This document shows positions 24,360 to 39,850 of a stretch of 64,000 nucleotides of DNA, one piece after another. Positions within the stretch are counted from its first letter, which is position 1. Each line of letters opens with the position of its first letter. The stretch comes from the human T2T-CHM13v2.0 reference genome, Homo sapiens. Location of the stretch: the NCBI RefSeq assembly GCF_009914755.1, contig NC_060929.1; one strand, 5' to 3'. The notes under the pieces were generated by a model, which saw only the letters and a list, made by a program, of their open reading frames with translations, made no database searches and was not told the DNA's origin. Made by a program: the position numbers and the translations under genes.

Positions 24360-26400
24360 GCATTCAATGTACATTCATTCATCAAATACTTGAGCACCTA
24401 TTATTTCTAAGACTCTGTTACATGTGCACTGAGGATACTTTAGTAAACAAAAGAGTTCTCTCCTGAGCTTGCATTATAGTGAGGGAAAACTAAATATCAA
24501 AGAAACAGCTGTATGTATTGGATATTGATACACGCTATGAAGAAAAATAAACCAGGGTTAGAGGCTAGAGAATAACATTAGATAGAGGGCTACTATTTTA
24601 GATAGAATGATCAGGGTAAACTTTTTTGAGGTTAATTTAAGCAGGTAGTTGAAAGACATGGAGGAGCAAGCCATGCAGATATCTGAGGAAAGTATTCCAG
24701 GAAGAGGGAACCAGTGAGTGTAAGATACCAAGGTAAAAGCATATTTGGTATATTCAAGAAACAGCAAGCAAAACCATGTCACTGAGTAGGAGTAAACAGG
24801 AGAGTACTTGAAGATGAGTCCGGAGAGGTATGAGACCAGGTTAGGCATTGTAGGCCATGATAAAGAATTTGGAATTTATTTTGAGTAACATGGAAAGCCA
24901 GTGGAGGCTTTGAGCAGAGGAATGATGAAATTACATGTGTTTTCAGAGGAGCGCTGGTTGCTGTATGGAGAATAAACTGGGGGCAGAGGGTGCGGTGGGC
25001 AGTCAGAATTGATGCAGAGAGAAAGTTAGAAAATTAATTACAGAAGTCCAGGTGAGAGATAATGGTGGCTTGTATAAGGGTATTAGCAGAGCAGGTGATG
25101 AGTAGTAATGAGATTCTGAATATATTTTGAGAACAGAATTGTCAAGATTTGTTGGAGGCAAAATGCTAAGTTTGAAGTTTAAGACATCTTAGTGGAAATG
25201 TTGAATTGATACTTGGATACATGATTCTGGAGTTCAAGGGGGTAAGTCTAGGCTAGAGATAAAATACTTGGTAGTGTAATTAGTTTGTAGATAATACTCA
25301 AAATTAGTGGCCTTAAGGAATAGATGGAAAAGAGATCTGAAAACTAAGTCTTGATTCCCTCCAGTGTTTAGAAAACAGGAAGATGAGAATGATTTAACAA
25401 AGGAATTTGAGAGAGCAAGCAGCAAGAGAGGTGAGGAGAGAACCAATAGACCCGTGTCTAGAAACTAAGTGAATAAATCATTTCTTGAAGGCAGTTGTGA
25501 ACCTGTATCTGATGCTGCTTGACAGGTCAAGAAAAATTGACCATTGACAATAATTGGTGACATTCACAAGAAGGATTTTAGTGGCATAGTGGAGATGAAA
25601 GTATGCTTTGAGAGTGTTCAGGAGCCGAAGGTGATGCAGTCTAGACAACTGTATTTGGAAAGAACAAATGCAGTTATTTCAGGATGTTTTGGTCTAAGTG
25701 GGAGCAGAGAAATGGAATGGTAGCAGGAGTGAGGTGGTGGAATCAAAGGAGGGTTTTATTTATTTTCATTTTTGTGTTTTTTAAAAGATGATATATATTT
25801 CAGCATGTCTGCCTGCTGATGGGAAAGATCCATTATTTACGGAAAAACAGGACTTGCAGAAAAAAGAGGGAACAATCACATGAATGAAGTCCTTCAGTAT
25901 ATAAGAGCAGATGAGTTCCAGTGCAGAATTGCTGGGATTGGCCTGAGGTGCAGAAATTGATTATCTGTTGAAACAGTATGGACTGCAGAATATATGGATA
26001 AAAAGTTAGGTAGATTTACTAGTGAGAGTATGAGGAAGTTATTTTTTTATTTCCTCAGTGAAATGAAGAGCACAGTCATCAGCTAAGAGTTGGGGGAAGG
26101 ACTATTGCAGGTTAGAGATAAAAGGGGAAGCTAGGAAAAGACCAAAAGAAGAATAAATAGACTTGGGAAATGTGATAGGATTACCAAAGGGGTCCAGTTG
26201 AGAGTTTTGGCTATGTAGTTATATGTTTCAAAGGAAGAAAGAATAGAGGGTTGGAAGAAGCAATGAGGAGCAAGGGCCTCCTTGCTACCATCACCATCAC
26301 CAGGCCCAGTGCTTTTTGGGGTTTGGGAGGGAAAAATAGCCACAACTAGGTATAGCGTTATGAGGAAAGCAGTATCCTTCCAGGGAGGGAATGGTTATCA
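24360..26400. mobile_element. Long L2 LINE fragment
   Basis: CATTCATTCATCAAATACTTGAGCACCTA...GGAAAGCCAGTGGAGGCTTTGAGCAGAGGAATG...GTCCAGGTGAGAGAT. Confidence 0.75.
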
Positions 26401-26569
26401 CAAAAAAGTGAAGGAATATTATCAGTGTGCTTGCATTTGTGTTTAGAGTTTAATTCCAGGAAAAGATGATGCTAGATGAGTATACTATTTCATGTATATA
26501 ATTTTTAAAAATTAAATTGAAAAAATAATCTATAGTTATGATAAAGGATATAGATATACACACATATAG

Positions 26570-26603
26570 GTGCGTGTGTGTGTGCGCACGTGCACGCGTG
26601 TGC
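26570..26603. repeat. 34-bp alternating purine-pyrimidine tract (TG/CG/CA)
   Basis: GTGCGTGTGTGTGTGCGCACGTGCACGCGTGTGC. Confidence 0.9.
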
Positions 26604-26675
26604 CTTTTTAAACCAAATACTTTAAATAGAGATTAGAGCATTTTATTTAAACACTTTTCAAAATCCCTGTTTTAG

Positions 26676-26831
26676 GTGTATTGTGAAGATCACTGGTGAT
26701 ATGACAATGTCATTTCCAAGTGGAATTATTAAAGTCTTCACCAGCAATCCAACTCCAGCTGTGTTGTGCTTCAGGGTGAAAAATATCAGCAGACTAGAGC
26801 AGATTCTTCCAAATGCACAGCTTGTGTTCAG
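26676..26831 (+). CDS. FCHO2: FCHO2 coding exon (K)[16 protein letters not shown]...[11 protein letters not shown]
   Basis: TAG acceptor, CAG|GTTTGT donor, 156 nt, phase 2-2. Confidence 0.96.
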
Positions 26832-26872
26832 GTTTGTGTACTTTTTGTTTTGAAGGTTGAAATTTCGTTTTA

Positions 26873-27222
<350 letters not shown>

Positions 27223-27517
27223 CTAATATTCAATTTGAAAACCATACCAAAATTATTCTTACTAAACACCTTTCTGCTGTCTTTTTATTTTGTTTTCAGT
27301 GGTGCTAATAGTTATTTTAAGATTCTTTTCTCTCTCTCCATCTTATCTTTCAAGCAAGCTTCTCCTGTGTTCCATTCTTCATCCCCTGATCTAATTTTCC
27401 TTCATCCCACCTCTTGGTTTATTTCTACTAGTTTTTCCTGTGTCACCAAATTACTACACAGAGGCAAAACATAAAGATAAGTCAATAAAATAACAAATAT
27501 ATTTTTTATATATGTAG

Positions 27518-27650
27518 TGATCCATCACAATGTGATTCCAACACAAAAGATTTTTGGATGAACATGCAAGCTGTTACAGTCTACCTCAAGAAGCTGTCAG
27601 AGCAAAATCCAGCTGCTTCTTATTATAATGTAGATGTATTAAAGTATCAG
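27518..27650 (+). CDS. FCHO2: FCHO2 coding exon (S)[17 protein letters not shown]...[10 protein letters not shown]
   Basis: TAG acceptor, CAG|GTGAGT donor, 133 nt, phase 2-0. Confidence 0.96.
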
Positions 27651-28441
27651 GTGAGTGTCACGACATTGCAAAAATTCTAAATTAAAATATTAAAAAATGG
27701 AATCTAGCATATAAATGAATAAGTATGTCATAGCCAAGTGAGTTTTTTCCCAGAAATTCAAGGATGTTTTGAAATTAGAAAATCTGTTTATAAGCCAGTG
27801 GAGATTTTGACCAGTTTGGTAAAATTCACCATTTATTCATGATTAAAATACTGAGTAAATTTAAATGCATAAATTTGTCCTTAAGCTGAAAAGACTAGCA
27901 GTATCAGTCTTAACAATGAAACTCCCAAAGTAATCAATTAAAGTTAGGAATGGCAAAGATGCCCATTAGTAGATCCTGTTAGTATATAAGAGTTTTCTGG
28001 ATGTGTTAGCCAGTACAGTCAGGTAAGAGAACAAAATAAGCATTAATAAATACTGGGAAAGAGGAATCAAAATTATTATTGCTTACAGGTGATATATTCC
28101 TCTCACGAGAACCAATTGAAGAACTATTTGACATAAGGACATTTAATATAGGTGGTCAGTTTAGTAATTAATACCAAAATTAATAACTTTCAAAACCAAT
28201 TACAAAAACTAGTGGAGAAAAATATTCACAAAGAACAATTAGGAAGAAACACAACACAATCTCTAGTGACTTGAATATGGAAAGATTCATGCTGTAGAAG
28301 TTTAGCTGTTTCTCAGTTAACTTATACATCTAATATAATACTGATCAGAAACCCAGTAGAGTTACGTCTTTGTGTTTGGAGGCTTGACAATCATTTTCAC
28401 GTTTCTCTAGAAGAATAAAGCTTACAAGAATAAGTCAAGAA

Positions 28442-28600
28442 TTTTTTATTTTAAAGAGATGGAGTCCCATTCTCTTGCTCAGAATGGAGTAGAGTAGCAT
28501 GATCACATTTCACTGCAGCCTCAAACTCCTGGGCTCAAGCAGTCTTCCAGCCTTAGCCTCCCGAGTGACTGGGACTAAAGGCACAAACCACCGCTCCTGG
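28442..28600 (-). mobile_element. Alu monomer, antisense
   Basis: CACTGCAGCCTCAAACTCCTGGGCTCAAGC. Confidence 0.8.
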
Positions 28601-28982
28601 CAAGAAATGTTTTAAACAGTAAAGTGGAGTAATGTTTTAGCTTTAATGGGAAAGCTTAGTATAGACAGTATTTAAAATAGTTTGGAACTAACGCAGCAGT
28701 AGATGGCCAGATGAAGGAATAGATTAGAGTATCCAGAAATAGATCTAAGAATAAATGGAAAATTGTTTATACGACATAGTAGCATTTCAAGGCAATGTGG
28801 ACGTGATGAATTTTTCAAAAAATGATGTTGAGGATAGCAAGCTAGACACTTGAGAAAAAAATTAAGGTGAATCCCTGTTAGACTTTTAGCCAAAGTAAAA
28901 TCCATGTGTATCAAAGGTTTAATAATAATAATAAAAGATACCATACCATAAAGGTACTAAAATAAAGGCATGGGTGAAGATA

Positions 28983-29225
28983 CAGTTGACCCTTAAACAA
29001 AAAGGATCTATAAACTATGCAGGTCCACTTATACGAGGATTCTTTTTAACCAAACACCAATTGAAAATGCAATGATTGTGGATGCAAAACTCATGTATAA
29101 ACAGAGGGCCAACTTTTTCTATATGTGGGTCCCACAGGGCCAACTATGTTTCTTGAGTATGCACAGATTAGTATATACACAGGGGTCCTGGAACCCACCC
29201 TCCCAAGTATGCTGAGGAACAACTG
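28983..29225. mobile_element. MER8/Tigger2-like Tc1-mariner element
   Basis: TA|CAGTTGACCCTT ... GGAACAACTG|TA terminal inverted repeats with TA target duplication. Confidence 0.8.
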
Positions 29226-30169
29226 TATATGTATTTCTCTGTGTGTGTATATATGTAATACATATTTATTACATATTTTAATCTTGAAGTGCAGAAGACC
29301 TAAGTATGATATGAAACCCAGAAGCCATGTAAGAAGAGAATGAGATATTTGATAAATAAATGTGTGTGTTTATAAAATATTTTGTTAAACCTTTAAACAC
29401 AATCAGTATTTAATCTGTGGGAAAAGTATTTACGACACATAAGATGAACCACAGGGCTTACCCCAAAGAGCCCTTGTAAATTTGTAAGCAACATGTGAAT
29501 AACTCAATAGACAAATAACCTATGGAAAGATGCTTCATGTCAGTAGTAATGAGAGCAGTCAATACTAAGATAACAATGAGGTATCAGTTTTAGCCCATCA
29601 GATTTACAAAAATGAAAGTTCGCTTTATCCAGTATTAAGAAGGTTATGATCACTTGTTAATAGGATGCAAGTAAAACCTCTTAGAAGGCAATTCTGTTAG
29701 ATTGTTGAAAGATGTAACCTTTAATTCAACAATTCCACTTCCAGAAATCATCAGAAATACACAGTTGGATGAAGATAAGGCATAAAGGATATTCGCTGTA
29801 GCATTGTTTAGAAAGCACCTAAGTACATACACATCAGCAGAGGAGGAAATTAATTACTATAGCCATTAAAAAGAATGACATGGATCTATGTTTGCATATG
29901 CCTGAAGAGTCTGGAAGGATATATGCCAGGATTCCAAGGGATAAATTTCCTACTTTATATTTCTCTATTTTTTTAGTTTTTAATAGGGTAATTTTATTAA
30001 AATGGCTTATGTTTCTAGAAAAATACTTAAAGAACAAAAAAGTGCTGCCACTTAAATTGACTTAAAGTTTCTTACAGGTGTTCATTTATTCAACAGATGT
30101 GTATTATTCAGTGCATGTAATTGCTGGGAGTAGGACAGGGAGACAGTAAAGATCAGTAATATTCTATGG

Positions 30170-30469
<300 letters not shown>

Positions 30470-31122
30470 CTATGTTAGAAAATGAGTGGTATGGAAAAAA
30501 GAAAAAGTATAGACTAAGGTAAGGAAGATTGAAAATACAGTTTTCAGTGTAAATTTAAACAGAGCAGTCAGAGTAGGTCTCCTTAAAAAGGAGCCATTGG
30601 ACAAGGAGCTTAAGAATTTGAAGGAATTATAACATTTACTGTGAGTCATGTGATTAAACATTTGAAGTTGGAAGTATTCTAATTCCAACTTGTGGTACTA
30701 CGTGGTGACCTTTTTTCTCGTGTTCTAAATCTGAATTCTTATAATGTATGAAGAATCTTTGAATTCTGTGTTGAATGTTGGAAGATTCGCAAACTTTACA
30801 TGCATAATTAAGAATTCCTTCATAAAATGCTGATTTCTGGGCCCTGTCCCTAAGCTGTTGAATCAGATTTTCTGCAGTTGGAGCTAAGGGAATGTGTGTT
30901 ATAAACAAGCACCACAGCAATTTTGATGTAAGTAGTAGTAGGTCCCCACATTGAGAATGATCCTTACTCCTTTGAGATAGGTCTGCTTCACTCTGCCAAC
31001 AGATAGTCCCCTCATTAGATATTTTTGATTTTGTGGACTTACATGTTCAAGTGTCCATGTCATTAACATGACTTCTTAACTTTTCAGGCCAAAAACAATT
31101 GTTTGTTCTTTTCTCTTTAAAG

Positions 31123-31322
31123 GTATCATCAAATGGTATTCAGTCCACTCCTCTGAATCTTGCAACATACTGGAAATGTAGTGCTAGCACCACAGATCTT
31201 AGAGTGGATTATAAATACAATCCAGAAGCTATGGTGGCACCTAGTGTGCTTTCCAACATACAGGTGGTGGTACCAGTGGATGGAGGAGTAACGAACATGC
31301 AGTCCCTTCCCCCTGCAATATG
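31123..31322 (+). CDS. FCHO2: FCHO2 coding exon [19 protein letters not shown]...NMQSLPPAI(W)
   Basis: AAG acceptor, GTAAAT donor; lies within ORF 31099..31326. Confidence 0.97.
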
Positions 31323-32101
31323 GTAAATTAAACATACGTTTCTGAATTCCCACTAAATTTTTGTTGCAATCCCCAACTTCTAGAACCCAAGTTCTGTAAG
31401 TTTTCTTAGAAGTTTGAAAAATTTTTGTGCCTTTTTCCATAGAAACCACGCTGTAAAAGATGCAGTTCATTTTACTAGTCAAACCATAGTAACCTTAATC
31501 AAAAATAAACAAAACTAGTTTTGCTCTCAGTACCACCCAGACTTCAATGATTCCATACTAACTTTACCATTAGGCAGAGTGCTTGACCTCTCTAAACTTC
31601 TTTTTTTTTTTTTTTTCATTTAAAAAATACAAATATTTTATGGATTAAATATAGCATCTGGCAAGTCTATAGGAACAGGAACACCTATCTAATTAGTGTT
31701 TAATAGTATTAGTTACTGCCATCTCTTAGCAACTTCTCCTGTCCCCTCTGTTAGTATTAGTATAGACTCTAACCGCTCTTTATAGTTACTTCATCATTTA
31801 ATAACATGTGTCTTCCTTGACTAATGAAGGTACTGATCCCTATACACATTCCATTTTACTTTCTCTGACCAATAGGAATGAGAAGAATTACATAATTTGG
31901 TAAACTTCCATTAATTGAAAAAGATACAGCATTATGTTTATACTATATCATAAACACATTTTCACCAGTTAATACTACTTAAACTTAGCAATATATTTGT
32001 TGTAGTGAAAATATTTAAAATACACTTATTTATTGAGGTCCCATTCATGTATCAGGTACTATACTAGACACAAAACCTGAAGATATCTGTTCTTATTGCA
32101 G

Positions 32102-32166
32102 GAATGCAGAACAAATGAAAGCCTTTTGGAAATTGTCTAGTATTTCAGAAAAATCAGAAAATGGAG
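32102..32166 (+). CDS. FCHO2: FCHO2 coding exon NAEQMKAFWKLSSISEKSENG
   Basis: CAG acceptor, GAG|GTAAGT donor, 65 nt, phase 2-1. Confidence 0.96.
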
Positions 32167-32216
32167 GTAAGTGTGTGTGTCCTTTTTTATTTATAAAATG
32201 ATGTCACTGAAAATTG

Positions 32217-32523
<307 letters not shown>

Positions 32524-32949
32524 ATGGGTGCACCGTTCCTGGAAGCACTGCAATACCTTTTTTAAGGGAAAGTTTATGTAAAGTTTCCTCCTGGAATTTC
32601 ATGCCCTCAGTTCTAGAAATGACCACTAGGTGGAAGTTAATACCTTTAGAATGGACCAGCTGAGATTCAGAACACATTTGTTCATCTAGATTGAGTATGT
32701 GTTCTCTATAAGAAAAAATTTATTTTGCCATAACTTTATAAATATTATGTAAATACTTCTTATATTTACATGCTAACATTAAGAAACTATACCTAGTAAA
32801 TTTAAAGAAATAGAACTATATGTTCCATGTAGGTAACCTGATAACTAATTGAAACTGATTTAACACAGTTTAGTTCATTCTGTTAACGGGATTCTCCTGA
32901 CCTCCCAGAAATCATGTAGACGCTTCCAGGCTTTAAAAAGCCCCTTGCC

Positions 32950-33251
32950 GTCCCGGCACAGTGGCTCACGCTTGTAATCCCAGCACTTTGGTAGGCCGAG
33001 GTGGGTGGATCACTTGAAGTCAGGAGTTCAAGACCAGCCTGGCCAACATGGTGAAACCCCATCTGTTTTAAAAATACAAAAATTAGCTGGGCGTCATGGT
33101 GCACGCCTGTAATTCCAGCTATTCAGGGGACTTAAGCATGAGAATCACTTGAACCCAAGGAGGCGGAGGTTGCAGTGAGCTGAGATGGTGCCCCTGCTCT
33201 CCAGCCTGGGTGACAGAGTGAGACTCTGTCTCAAAAAAAAAAAAAAAAAAA
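32950..33251 (+). mobile_element. Alu (AluS), sense, with target-site duplication
   Basis: TSD AAAAAGCCCC(C)TTGCC on both flanks. Confidence 0.95.
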
Positions 33252-33460
33252 GCCCCCTTGCCTTCTGCAGTTCTCTAAAAGAACCTTTTTCCTGTCCATT
33301 TCCCCCTATTAAAGCTAACTATCAGCAGCATTCAATTTTCTGATGATTATTTTAAGGAGAAGCAAGTTATGCTTCTCTCACTAAGTACATCTGTTTGTGT
33401 TCATAATGCCAAGGAAAAGGCTGTCCTAGCTGATCACTTCTATAACTCAACTTACAATAA

Positions 33461-33914
<454 letters not shown>

Positions 33915-34407
33915 TAACTCCTCTATTTGATAGGTTTTTTGGCTTTTCAAATGTTGCTGAGCTTTTTCTTTTTGAATATTTTGAGCATAATATAAAACAT
34001 ATCAGTAGCTTTTCTCATAGATATTTCTGTAGAAAGGACCATAAATATGTCTGTGTTGTTTATTCATTTACACCTGCCATGCAGAATAAGACTTTTACTG
34101 GAGAGCCATACATTGGGTGAAATAACCAAGCAAATCTTCAGTTTCTTTTTTGCTGTTTGGTACTTATAGGTTGCCCACTTTCAGCTGGCCAACTGCATTG
34201 ACTTTAACCCTAGCTATTAATATATAGCTTTTTGTGAGCCAAGCTGAAATTCCTAGTTTAAATTGAAGTAAACCAGCAATCCTGTTTGCATTAAGGGCTT
34301 ATAACCAGTTTAGAAGGACAAAAGGATCTTTTTCCCCAATATAATGAAACTATACTATTGTAAATAATTAACAAGAAAGAAATTTGTTCTCTCAAAAATA
34401 AGACACA

Positions 34408-34710
<303 letters not shown>

Positions 34711-34831
34711 CTAACCAGATTTTAAGTTTCCCTCTGCTATTCAGGTATCAGGTGTTTCTGTGAGGAAATGGAAAAATCTTATAAATGTGGTTTTTGATGT
34801 GGTTAGTCAAGCCTTTGAAAAGAATATCCAA

Positions 34832-35119
34832 GGCCAGGCATGGTGGCTCATTCCTGCAATCCCAGCACTTTGGGAGGCTGAGGCAGGTGGATCACTTGAG
34901 GCCAGGAGTTGGAGACCAGCCTAGACAATGTGGCAAAACCCTGCCTCTACTAAAAATACAAAAATTAACCAAGTGTGGTGGCACGTGCCTGTAGTCCCAG
35001 TTACTCAGGAGGCTGAGGCACGAGTCTAGCTTGAACCTGGGAGGCAGAGGTTTCAGTGAGCCAAGATTGCACCACTGTATTCCAGCTTGGGCCTTAGAGG
35101 GAGACTCTGTCTCAAAAAA

Positions 35120-35153
<34 letters not shown>
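34832..35153 (+). mobile_element. Alu, sense, with (AAAT)n microsatellite tail
   Basis: Alu body then (AAAT)n at about 35117-35153. Confidence 0.95.
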
Positions 35154-35154
<1 letters not shown>

Positions 35155-35168
35155 GAATGCTGTAAAAT

Positions 35169-35462
<294 letters not shown>

Positions 35463-36915
35463 CACAAAAAATTCTGTAAAATAGAAATCTGTTTTCTGTT
35501 GCTGACTGTGTACTCAGAAGAGGGACAGGAAATATTTCTAAGGTGATTGTCAAGGTTGTTGCTCTTGGTCTATGGTAGAACTTTTGCACAACCAAATTGG
35601 TTATCAAGAATTGTAAAAGTTTGAGGGCCTGGATAGTAATTAAGAATAAGGCAGCAGTTCATCTCCACTACTGATCTATGCCTCCAGGCATAATAATACA
35701 AGTTGGATCAATGTTGTGACATCCTATTCTCCATTTCTCTGTGTAGTGTTAAGCTTCTGTGCAGGGGATCACAGGATCTTACTGCTAGTACCTAGCATTT
35801 CTGTCCATTTGCTCTATCCAGAAACCTGGGAACCCTCCTAGACTCCTCCTTTCTCATTTCTTGATTCCAACTCCTAAATATCTTTCAAATAACTTTCTTA
35901 ATATCTTTCCTTTTTATTAGCCCTAGTTCAGATCCCCCTTTCCTATCATCTAGAGTCCTAAACTGTTTTGACTTGCAGTTGGTCTCCCAACCTTGCATCT
36001 TGTGCTTCTCTTCCCTTTTGAGACACTAATCTGAAATGTTCTTGTCTTCCTTATCTTTGGTGACTTCCCATGGTTACATCATGAATTTCTTACCATGGCC
36101 TGGCCCATGCTACCACTCTAGTCTCATCTGCCACTCCCCTCTACCTGTATCCTGTTCTCCTGCTAATCTGATATAGATGCTATTTCGTTAAATGCATCAT
36201 GCTCTGTCTCTGTATCTTTGGTAACTTCTGCCTAAAATACACACCATCATCCCCACCACCATTTATAATTTTCAGCTGAGATAGGTGCTTTTGTGCCTGT
36301 AGCTCCTCAGAGCTCCTTTACAGCATTTATAATATTCATTATAATTATTGGTTTACTGTTCCTGCCATTCCATTAGACTGAAGTATACTGAATAAATGGT
36401 GATGATACTAGAAACAAAACACCTCAGAAATACCTACTTGGCATTATGTTAGACCAGTAAAACTTTAAAAAGAAAAGTGAATAGAAAATAGCAATGTTAT
36501 ACAACTCTTCCCAACCGTAGTTACCTTTCCATCTTTACTTCTTCTACTACTCAGTAGTCATTTCTTTTTTAACTTTATGCCACCTATATCCCTCCTAGGG
36601 TTTTTCTCTGGGCTGTCCTCAGTTACTTCCTTCTTCTCTTTTGACTCGCCTCAACATGCATATAGCATAGGAGTCCAGTAGTTAACATCTCTGAAGATTA
36701 GTATTGAGTCAAAGAAAAGCATGGGTTATTTACTTAATGAAAATTGATATTCACTAAAAAATATGAGATTTGGAAACAGGATAATAGTTTGTTTACTGTG
36801 CACATCTAATGAATGTAGCACAGGACTGATGTAGTTTAGCTTACTTGCTCATTTGATTCTATTTTGTTTGAAATGTATTTTACCCTGTGTAAGTGCTTTA
36901 TTCTTTTCTTTGTAG

Positions 36916-37080
36916 GTTCTGGGTCCCTCCGAGCAAAATTTGATCTTTCAGAAGGACCTAGTAAACCCACGACACTTGCAGTACAATTCCTCAGCGAGGG
37001 AAGTACCCTTTCAGGAGTAGATTTCGAACTTGTGGGCACTGGCTATAGGCTTTCCTTAATAAAGAAGCGGTTTGCTACTG
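36916..37080 (+). CDS. FCHO2: FCHO2 coding exon (G)[17 protein letters not shown]...[10 protein letters not shown]
   Basis: TAG acceptor, CTG|GTAAGT donor; lies within ORF 36864..37145. Confidence 0.97.
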
Positions 37081-37394
37081 GTAAGTTAGGAGATTTCAAA
37101 CTTTTTAATGTACATGGGAAACATTTGTATTCTAACAGTTATTAAAAAACTGTCAAGCAATTTATAATCTAAAGACATGGAAATTTTTTCTTTAACCCTT
37201 GGTACAAGGTGCCAGGTAGAGACACACCTGGGAGAGAGTTCTTACGGTCAGTATAGCTGAACACCTGTTATCTGATTCTAATGTACTGTAAATAGCAGAT
37301 GGGAACTAGAGTTTTGTATTGGTAACCACAGTGGAAAATGTCCTTAGAGTGCATTTGAAATTGTAATTGCAAAGGTCTGCTTGGCGTTTTTCAG

Positions 37395-37417
37395 GACGAT
37401 ACCTGGCGGATTGTTGA
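37395..37417 (+). CDS. FCHO2: FCHO2 last coding exon (G)RYLADC-stop
   Basis: TTTTTCAG acceptor; TGA at 37415-37417. Confidence 0.96.
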
Positions 37418-39850
37418 TGGACCTGGGAAAGTGATGTGGCTTCAGGGATTACAAACCTGCCATTCTGCATTATCTGTTCTTTCCAAACACTATTTTAACT
37501 TGTATGATGTCTTTCAAACTTAGACATATTTGAGAGCTGACTACAAACATTAAATCGCACTTTTAAAGTGAGTCATTGAAATAAATAGTACTGAAATGAT
37601 TCTCTATGTTGTAAATGATCAACTACAATATTCAGGAAGCACATTTATTCAGATTCTCAGTAAAAATGAAGTTTTTGTAGGATTAATTTTTAAATTATTT
37701 CCAGTGTCTATGTTGAAAAAAAGGGTTATAGTGTAATATCAGGCCTAAAGTTTCAGAAGAGCAAGCACAAAGTAATTTAGCTTTCCATACATTTTTAGAG
37801 TCAGAGATAACTTTGAAATTTCATAAGTTTGATATTCAGTGGATACAAATAGAACATGAATTCTAAGTTTTGGGTAATGTTAACTCAGAACACTTAATCA
37901 AATTGAGCTATGTGCCATAAGGTAATCAGACCAGAGTCCAAGTTGTATGCAAAAAATCTATAATTTGATTCTCATAAACATATTAATAAAGTATAAGTGA
38001 TGTTTTATATGATTTTTAAAAAAAATTCTCAAGTGCAATGTGTTTTAAAATAAGCTTGCAAATGACAGCAGAGACATTTACTTCTGCAGTTAGTTAACTT
38101 TATAGGAGTTGTGATTTTTTTGATGAATTAATGCTGTAGATTTAATTTATTTTTATATGGAATTGCATAATGTGTGCCTTTTAAAACAATAACAAAAACC
38201 AGAGATGTGCCTATACAATTTGTGTTCATTAATGTGCCTCACTTTTTTTCTCAGTCTGAATCTTCTGTTCAGAATCTTACAGTGATCAAGCATTTTTATA
38301 AGATATTTGCAATTTTTGTAAATATTTTTGGCCTGCAACTGGGAAGGGGATTCAGAGTCATAAAGCCTAACTTAAGAATCCTGGCTCACTTCTTTGGTGA
38401 TACACTGTAGCCACTAGAAAGAGAAATAAACCCAATGGCATGTGTTTACAGGAAGAAAGATTACCTTCAGATACTTGACATTAACCTCATCAAAAGTGTG
38501 TGAATTTTAAAACAAATTCTAAAAAAACTATAGTGCTAAATTGGTAACTGGTATTTTAACTCTCAATTTAGCATTTTCCTTGATACTTTATCATTGAAAA
38601 TTTATGCATTTATTTACTGATTGTGTTGTGAACATGAGTTTTATGGTATTTTGTGAGGGATGCATTTTTTAAAAGATTAATTTTGGAAACAGAAGGAGAA
38701 GCACTGCCATTTGTTTTTATTTCAACAATTGGAAAAATTACCAATTTGTACATTTTAATTATTCAATTTCTACTTTGTAAAAATAGGGAAATTATTTGAA
38801 GTGATATATTTGGTTAAACATTTCTAAAAATAAACTACCAATACTAAATAGTAAGAAACCTAACTTTAGTAGCAAATCTTGATTAATTGAAGAAATAAAA
38901 TATTTCGGATAAGGTTTCATAATTTACAAATGGGAATTTCATTTATAATAATAAATATGAGTGTCCTTTATTTGCCTAGTAGAAGTGATAAATTGTGTTA
39001 TATATGATAATTTATATAAAACCACTAATTGTTCCGTTAAGCTTCACAGAAAATAAAACCTCTATTACTAGACATTTATGTAACATCTTGCTGTACTAAA
39101 TACAGCAGAAAATCTACTCTTTAGCAATATATAACACAGTATATGCTTTTTTATATATTCAATGTTAGCCCAAGTCTGAATTTACATTTGACTAAAGCAG
39201 CACATAAGATAATTTGCTAAAATGCTAATCTTTACTAAATAGTGAGCTAAATTAGAATTTCTAACTCTTATATTGTGCTCTTTTAAATGCCAATTACAGT
39301 CCCTTACTGGAATTCTAACTGTAATTTGCTTTGCAATCAAACTGCTTTTAGGGCAGCCAATATTTTATTATTGGAATTCAGACACTGTTCTTACTGTGTT
39401 TGTTTTTAATCAAGTATTACCTAAAAATGTACAAATTAGTGAAATGGTTAAACTTCTGCACTTTCTTAGTTACCACAGTCTTCATACCAAGTATTGGGTA
39501 CAGGTTACAATTTTGAAGCCATATGAGTTTATATTGATTTTTTTTTTCCATTTAAAAATCCACTAATGGTGTAAAAGAGACCAGTAGATTTTCAATGGGA
39601 AATGTACCTAGCAAGCTGGTTCTTGCTTATATATAGTGGTAAACTTTGTAGCTGCCTCTTTAACCAAGAATTTGTAAACACAACTCTAATAAATGTGAGT
39701 TTTAAAGGATTGTTATTTACTACTTTGGATTGTAATTAGAACAATGCACATCTGTCTTCCAAGATTTTGTAAATATTTTTGATTTTTTTCATTAAATGTA
39801 AATTTTACATAAAAGTTGTGCTCTTAATAAACATGTAATATATAATTTAT
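37418..39850 (+). other. FCHO2: FCHO2 3'UTR (about 2.4 kb, AT-rich, no recognisable repeats)
   Basis: Follows the stop codon; ends near AATAAA with a downstream GT-rich element; end position approximate. Confidence 0.85.
39826..39831 (+). terminator. Polyadenylation signal AATAAA (alternative at 39688-39693)
   Basis: AATAAA followed about 25 nt later by TTGGTTTATGTGTCTTTGT. Confidence 0.8.

Larger units (their letters stand above)
27690..29900 (+). mobile_element. Highly degenerate L1ME-like ORF2 remnant, interrupted by younger elements
   Basis: CCCAGAAATTCAAGGATG...TTATTCATGATTAAAA...GGAAAGATGCTTCATGTCAGTAGTAAT...AACAATTCCACTTC. Confidence 0.55.
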
